This document shows, piece by piece, positions 58,803 through 64,000 of a stretch of DNA of 64,000 nt. The position numbers and the translations under genes are program-made. The notes under the pieces are model-generated. The model did no database searches, was not told where the DNA came from, and worked only from the letters and a program-made list of their open reading frames with translations. The first letter of the stretch is position 1. Every line of letters starts with the position of its first letter. Source of the stretch: an uncultured delta proteobacterium (GTDB taxonomy: Bacteria; Desulfobacterota; Binatia; UBA9968); assembly GCA_963737905.1 (NCBI GenBank), contig CAVTUQ010000004.1:1-64000 (forward strand), read 5' to 3'.

Positions 58803-59804
58803 TCACTTCTCATAAAGCTTCTTGATAAATCCGGTCTTATCGAGTTCTTCGACGAAGCTCGCGTCGATAAATTCTTCCGGCTTGTGCTTGTAAACATCGG
58901 GCCGGGTTAGAGCGACGTACTCGTAACTCGTCTTCATTCCCTTTATGTTCGGATACGGAGCCGCGAGGCGGTGTTTGGCGAACAGCTCCCAGGACTCTTG
59001 GGCTAAGGAGTCGTCATCTAAGCGAAGCGTTTTCTTTATGACTTTTTTGGCGAGCTCTGGATCTTTTTTGAACAGGGCGATGCCCTCGAGGTGAGCTCGC
59101 ATGTATCTCGTCACCAGATCGCGATCCCGCTGAATCTGGGAGCGCGTTGTTGCAATCTCGCTCCAAGGGTAATCGACGTCTTTAAAGAAGTCCCAAAGTT
59201 GAACAAAGCCGGCACGTTGCGCCAGAATAAATTGCGGATGTCCAAGGGTTGCCGCTGGAATCTTACCCTGTCTCAGAGCAATCAGGCGATCCGAGTCGCT
59301 ACCGATTTGCAGCAGAGCGAAATCTTTATCCGGATTCAGGCCTTTTCTCTTGGCGAGATAGCGAACCAAAAAATCGGTGAGGGAGCCGAAGGTCGTCACC
59401 CCGATGGTTTTACCTTTGAGATCTTCGTCTCGCTTTATGTCCGATCGCACGACCAGCGATTGCACGACGCCGGGCATCGTGTGCGCCAGAATGACCATGT
59501 CGGAGCCTGCAAGTACGGCGTTCATAACCGTCGGAGTGGCGACGGGTGCAATGGCAACGCTGCCCGCGACCAGAGCTCTGGAAACAATCCCAGAGCCTTG
59601 CATAACTACGGCATCGGCATCGAGTCCATACTTTTCAAAGAGCTTTGCCTCTTTGGCAACGTAGATAATGATATTCCCCATGCTAACTGCCGGCACGCCA
59701 ACGTGCACTTTTTTAAGGTTGCCGCTCTGACAAAATACTATCGAGGGTAGGACTAGGAGATTAACAATAACCAGCGAAGTTAGAGAAAAACGCAGACCCA
59801 TCAT
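58803..59804 (-). CDS. NMT1/SsuA/THI5-like ABC substrate-binding protein
   Basis: Signal peptide, LFEKYGL, LKGKTIGVTTFGSLTD, DKTGFIKKLY. Confidence 0.85.
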   Translation of the reverse strand: MMGLRFSLTSLVIVNLLVLPSIVFCQSGNLKKVHVGVPAVSMGNIIIYVAKEAKLFEKYGLDADAVVMQGSGIVSRALVAGSVAIAPVATPTVMNAVLAGSDMVILAHTMPGVVQSLVVRSDIKRDEDLKGKTIGVTTFGSLTDFLVRYLAKRKGLNPDKDFALLQIGSDSDRLIALRQGKIPAATLGHPQFILAQRAGFVQLWDFFKDVDYPWSEIATTRSQIQRDRDLVTRYMRAHLEGIALFKKDPELAKKVIKKTLRLDDDSLAQESWELFAKHRLAAPYPNIKGMKTSYEYVALTRPDVYKHKPEEFIDASFVEELDKTGFIKKLYEK

Positions 59805-59928
59805 AATTGAATCCTCCTATAGCGCACCGTCCCTTTTCTGGCATATAGTCCGTACATCCAAACAATGTCAATCTATCACATTGACCACATTGACAATCTC
59901 TAGCGATTTGAATAAGTCAAAAACTATT

Positions 59929-60948
59929 ATGCTGCCCAAAGTACCACGTGAAATACTGCTGGATCTGTGCCGGAGGATGTTCGTCATCCGCCACTTTGAA
60001 GAAAATTTAGTTCCGCTTCATGACAAGGGTGTGTTCGGCGGGCACTACCATCTTTATGTCGGACAGGAAGGAACCGGCGTACCCGCAATTTCATGCCTCC
60101 GCTCGGACGACTATCTCTTCACCACGCACAGAAACCATGGCCACTTACTCGCCCGCGGCGTCGAGCCAAAAAAACTTTTTGCCGAGATCCTCGGCCGCGT
60201 CGACGGTCTCAATAAAGGAAAAGGCGGTTCGTTCCATTCGGTTGCGCCGTCGTTGGGTTTCCTCCATAGCTCGGGCGTGGTCGCCGGGATCATTCCGCTG
60301 TCGACCGGCACGGCCTACGCAGCGAAAGCACAGAAAAACGGCCGGATCACGGTTTGCCTGTTCGGCGACGGTTCGCTGGAAGAAGGCGCGGCGCCGGAAG
60401 CGTTCAACCTCGCGTCGCTTTACAAACTGCCGGTGATGTTTCTTTGCGAGAATAACGGCAAGTATGGTGCCGGCCAGGCCGTTGCAGCGGCGCAATCCTC
60501 CTCCATGGCGGCCTATCCGCTAACGGATTTACCGAAAGCATACAAAGTTCCCGCCCAGCAGATCGATGGGATAGACGCGGGCCAGGTTCATGCGGCGGTT
60601 TCCGAAGCCGTAAAGAAAATCCGCGGTGGCGAAGGTCCGCAATTCATCGAAGCGCAAACCGTCCGCTATCCCGGCAGTGAAACCAACTGGCCCACCGTGC
60701 CGCAACCGACGGACACTTCACTCGCTTGGGACGTTAGCAGCGTTCCGGAAAAGGCACGCGAGTGGTATCGCAGCTGCGACCCGTTGCTGATCTTCATTCG
60801 CGAGCTCGTCGATGCCAAACAAGCATCACGAGAAGAAATCACCAACATCGAAAGGAAAGTGAAAGCCGAGATCGCCGCCGCAGTCGAGTTCGCGATGAGC
60901 AGTCCTTATCCGAAACCGGAAGAGGCCGAAATAGATTTTTTTGCTTAA
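59929..60948 (+). CDS. TPP-dependent dehydrogenase E1 alpha-like (divergent)
   Basis: HLYVGQE, THRNHGH, GKGGSFH, GDG..ENN TPP motif. TVRYPGSE replaces the usual RxxGH. Confidence 0.85.
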   Translation: MLPKVPREILLDLCRRMFVIRHFEENLVPLHDKGVFGGHYHLYVGQEGTGVPAISCLRSDDYLFTTHRNHGHLLARGVEPKKLFAEILGRVDGLNKGKGGSFHSVAPSLGFLHSSGVVAGIIPLSTGTAYAAKAQKNGRITVCLFGDGSLEEGAAPEAFNLASLYKLPVMFLCENNGKYGAGQAVAAAQSSSMAAYPLTDLPKAYKVPAQQIDGIDAGQVHAAVSEAVKKIRGGEGPQFIEAQTVRYPGSETNWPTVPQPTDTSLAWDVSSVPEKAREWYRSCDPLLIFIRELVDAKQASREEITNIERKVKAEIAAAVEFAMSSPYPKPEEAEIDFFA

Positions 60949-60957
60949 GAGCTGACT

Positions 60958-61929
60958 ATGCGAGAACTTGCCTACTACGAAGCCAAATTCGAAGCGCTGG
61001 AAGAAATCATGGCCGCCGATGAGAGAGTCCATCTGATCAACGGCACCTTCTTAAGTTTGAGCCCGCACCGCCACGTCTACCAGAACCTGCGCAATAAATA
61101 TGCCGAGCGGATGATCTCGCCACCGATCTCTGAGCTGGGCTTTTGCGGTCTCGCCACCGGCGCGGCGATGGCGGGACTCCGGCCGATCGTCGATCTGAGC
61201 ACCGGTAGCTTTATTTATGAAGCCTGGCCGCAAGTCGCCAACGAAGCGGCGAACGCTTTTTCCATGTCCGGCGGACAAACCCGTGTGCCGGTGGTGTTTC
61301 ATCTCTTTCACGGCCTGCGCGGCGGCGGCGCGGCGCAACACTCCGGCAGCCCGCAAGCCATGCTTTGGAACTGCCCGGGGCTGGAGATCGCGATTCCTTC
61401 CTCGCCGCTCGATGTGAAAGGGCTCCTGAAAACCGCCGTTGCCAGCGACAATCCGACCATTTTCGTCGACCACACCAGGCTCTTGGACATTCGTGGTGAA
61501 TTGCCGGACCACGATAAACCAATTCCCTTCGGCGTTGCCGACGTGAAACGCAAAGGCAGCGACGTGACGGTGATCGCTACCTCATATATGGTCCAGCGCT
61601 GCTTGCAGCTCGCCGAGAAGCTCGCAAGCGACAAAATCAGCGTGGAAGTTGTCGACCCGCGAACGCTGGTGCCCTTCGACATGGCAACCCTGATGACGTC
61701 GGTAGAGAAGACCGGCCGCGTCGTCATTGTCGATGAAACTCATCAGAGTTGTGGCGTTGCCGCAGAGATCGCCGCGCGTATTGTCGAGACCGGCTTTGAC
61801 AAGCTCAAGGCTCCGCTCCGGCGCGTCGCCACTCTCGACGTGCCGGTTCCCTACAGCCCGCCGCTGGAAGATTACATCGGCCCGCGCGAAGATCGCATCA
61901 TACAGGCGATCCGCGCGGTGCTCCGTTAG
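60958..61929 (+). CDS. TPP-dependent dehydrogenase E1 beta-like (divergent)
   Basis: PISELGF, AAQHS, PGL, VVDPRTLVP, IVDE, LKAP. Lacks GEDV. Confidence 0.85.
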   Translation: MRELAYYEAKFEALEEIMAADERVHLINGTFLSLSPHRHVYQNLRNKYAERMISPPISELGFCGLATGAAMAGLRPIVDLSTGSFIYEAWPQVANEAANAFSMSGGQTRVPVVFHLFHGLRGGGAAQHSGSPQAMLWNCPGLEIAIPSSPLDVKGLLKTAVASDNPTIFVDHTRLLDIRGELPDHDKPIPFGVADVKRKGSDVTVIATSYMVQRCLQLAEKLASDKISVEVVDPRTLVPFDMATLMTSVEKTGRVVIVDETHQSCGVAAEIAARIVETGFDKLKAPLRRVATLDVPVPYSPPLEDYIGPREDRIIQAIRAVLR

Positions 61930-62098
61930 CAGGCTGCTGAAAAGACTCATATGCTTCGTTGCGCTCAATCGCCTCGCTACAGATGGCTTATGGCATATGG
62001 CTTATAGCGCATGGCTCGTATGGTCAAACTATATGCCATATGCTATCAGCCATACGCGAAGCACAGGGCCTTGAGCAGCCTGCAAACCGAAGTTTTTA
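61927..62098. mobile_element. MITE-like element with GCAGGCTGCT ends, interrupted by an inverted heptamer array
   Basis: TAGCAGGCTGCTGAAAAG ... CCTTGAGCAGCCTGC. Internal ATGGC(T/A)T-type x5 (61983-62017) and reverse-complement copies (62029-62053). Confidence 0.7.
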
Positions 62099-62116
62099 GT
62101 AATGTGTTTCCTGGTG

Positions 62117-62147
62117 CGTTCACCCTGAGACTGTGGAAGGGTGAACG
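62117..62147. repeat. Single REP-like hairpin of the CCTGAG..GAAGG family
   Basis: CGTTCACCCT-GAGACTGTGGA-AGGGTGAACG. Confidence 0.7.
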
Positions 62148-62216
62148 GAGTGACAGACGCGAATCGACTCTTACAATCCGTTAGTCGCGCAACATTCCTT
62201 TTCCCTTCGATAGGCC

Positions 62217-63186
62217 ATGGCAACTAAGAGAGAGAATCCAACTGAGCTCGTCCCTCTCCTCCGCGCGATGTGGCTCATTCGCGCATTCGAAGAAAAAGTC
62301 TCTGCTCTCTACGCCATGCATGAGATCTTGGGTTTGCTCCACTTGGGTATCGGCCAAGAGGCCGTCGCCGTAGGAACCTGCAGCCTACTTCGAGCCGACG
62401 ACTATGTCTTCGGCGGCCATCGCTCCCACGGCCACGCTATCGCCAAGGGGGCCGATATTAAGCCGGCTCATGGCGGAAATCGCGGGGCGGGCGAGCGGCT
62501 ACTGTGGCGGCAAGGGTGGCTCGATGCATATCGTCGCGCTCGACGCGGGCTTTGTCACGGCGACGGGCGTGGTGGGGGGCACTATCCCCCTTGCCCTAGG
62601 CGCGGCTTTCGTTGCCAAGGAAAATGGCAAAGGGCAAGTCGCCGTTGTCTTTTTCGGCGACGGGGCGGGCCAGGCCGGCGCGTTTCACGAATCGCTCAAC
62701 ATCGCGAGCCTTTGGCGGCTACCCGTTATCTTCGTTTGCGAGAACAACGGTTACGCCGAGTTCACCCCGCTCTCCTCCCACACCCTTGTCGAGCGTCTGG
62801 CACGGCACGCCCAAACGTACAAAATTCCCAGCAGCACAGTAGACGGCAACGATCTCCTGGAGGTGCGCGGCGCCATGGCCAAAGCTGTGCAACACGCGCG
62901 CACAGGTAAGGGCCCGGCATTCGTCGAATGCCTGACTCATCGTTTAAGAGGCCATTACGAAGGCGATCCGGCGAAGTACCGCGAGCTGTCGGAGCTGGCT
63001 GAATGGAAGGAAAAGGATCCCATCGCCCGCTTCACCCGTGCGCTCAAACGTAGAAAAGTCGTATCCGACAAAGACATCGCGGCCATCGAGATCGATGCAC
63101 GCGGTATAGTTGACCGGGCCGCCCAGTTTGCGCTGGCCTCCCCGTGGCCGGCGCCGGAAGAAGTCGCGAGCCAAGTGACGGCGTAA
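62217..63186 (+). CDS. TPP-dependent dehydrogenase E1 alpha (AcoA/PdhA-like); +1 frameshift at about 62460
   Basis: HLGIGQEA and GHRSHGH in frame 1; GKGGSMH, GDGA, ENN and HRLRGHYEGD in frame 2. Confidence 0.85.
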
Positions 63187-63255
63187 ACGGCATCATTCCC
63201 ATAGTGAGCAACAAAACATGCTGGATGACCTTGAAAATAGTCTGACTGTTTACGC

Positions 63256-63322
63256 TGTCACCCTGAGCGGTAGCGAAGGGGCTCATTCGAAAAGATTCTT
63301 CGCTTTCGGCTCATCTATGACA
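63256..63322. repeat. REP-like doublet TGTCACCCTGAGC..GCGAAG ... CTTCGC..ATGACA
   Basis: Same family as 8584-8643; lies between E1 alpha and E1 beta. Confidence 0.65.
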
Positions 63323-63341
63323 CTTGCTGGTACTGATAGTT

Positions 63342-64000
63342 ATGCCTGAGCAAACATACTTAGAAGCCATCCGCACCGGCTTGCACGAAGAGATGAGCCG
63401 CGACCCATCGGTTTATCTTTTCGGTGAAGACGTCGCGCTGGGCGGGCCCTTCGGTGTTACCACCGGACTCGCCGAAACTTTCGGCAAGAACCGCGTGGTC
63501 AATACCCCCATCAGCGAAGGGACAGTGATGGGACTCGCCATCGGTGCGGCAGCTGCCGGACTCCGGCCGGTGGTGGAGATCATGTTCATCGACTTCATTA
63601 CTTTGGCAATGGACCAGCTCGTCAACCACGCCGCCAAGCTGCACTACATGTCCGGCGGGCAACTGAAGATTCCCCTAACAGTCCGCGTCCAGTGCGGCAT
63701 CAGTGGCAACATGGGCGCGCACCATTCGCAAAGTCTCGAATCCTGGCTCGCTCATGTGCCGGGCTTGAAAGTGGTGATGCCTTCGAATCCCGCAGATGCC
63801 AAAGGGCTTCTCAAGGCCGCCATCCGAGACGATAACCCTGTCGTGTTTATCGAGCATCGGGGTATCTATTGGACGCGAGGCCAAGTCCCTGAGAGCGACG
63901 ATCTCGTGCCCATCGGCAAGGCCGCAGTCGCGAGAGAAGGCGAGGATCTGACCATTGTCGCTACCGCCAAGTTGCTAGCCGCGACTCTGGAAGCCGCCGA
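63342..64000 (+). CDS. TPP-dependent dehydrogenase E1 beta (AcoB/PdhB-like), runs off the window
   Basis: Not in the ORF track. Hand translation gives MPEQTYLEAI..FGEDVALGG..NTPISE..EIMFIDF..DQLVNHAAK..AHHSQ. Confidence 0.9.
   Translation, partial: MPEQTYLEAIRTGLHEEMSRDPSVYLFGEDVALGGPFGVTTGLAETFGKNRVVNTPISEGTVMGLAIGAAAAGLRPVVEIMFIDFITLAMDQLVNHAAKLHYMSGGQLKIPLTVRVQCGISGNMGAHHSQSLESWLAHVPGLKVVMPSNPADAKGLLKAAIRDDNPVVFIEHRGIYWTRGQVPESDDLVPIGKAAVAREGEDLTIVATAKLLAATLEAA

Noticed and set aside
62440-62480. Programmed frameshifting in E1 alpha (and in the other split genes)
   Set aside because: There is no slippery heptamer or stimulatory structure, and the pattern fits insertion-type sequencing error.
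1-64000. tRNA, rRNA, riboswitch, phage or anti-phage defence genes
   Set aside because: None was recognisable by eye. An Infernal/Rfam and DefenseFinder scan would be needed to exclude them.

Overview
This window looks like a GC-rich bacterial chromosome segment. The gene content (many orphan NMT1-type solute-binding proteins, amidohydrolases, a CoA-transferase, TPP E1 pairs) and the intergenic repeat style suggest a 'Candidatus Binatia'-like soil or subsurface deltaproteobacterial MAG; that assignment is inference only. It holds about 50 mostly catabolic or transport CDSs. I found no rRNA, tRNA, CRISPR array, intact transposase or integrase. Highlights: (1) a separately promoted operon with a shortened BoxB-like di-iron aryl-CoA epoxidase followed by a thioredoxin-like [2Fe-2S] ferredoxin and a NuoF-like flavoprotein in place of BoxA/PaaE, behind a perfect 18-bp PaaR-type palindrome; (2) an integrase-less integron cassette relic with one canonical attC site and a decayed RelE/Phd toxin-antitoxin cassette; (3) many intergenic mini-elements, namely MITE-like units with different IS-type ends around the same REP doublet, oriented (TTGAACnnn)n arrays placed right after stop codons, and several inverted tandem-repeat hairpins with unrelated 7-10-nt units; (4) a non-canonical E1 alpha/beta pair next to a canonical one. 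About six otherwise intact genes carry isolated +1 insertions, most likely long-read assembly errors. All family calls come from motif recognition by eye; no database search was run.
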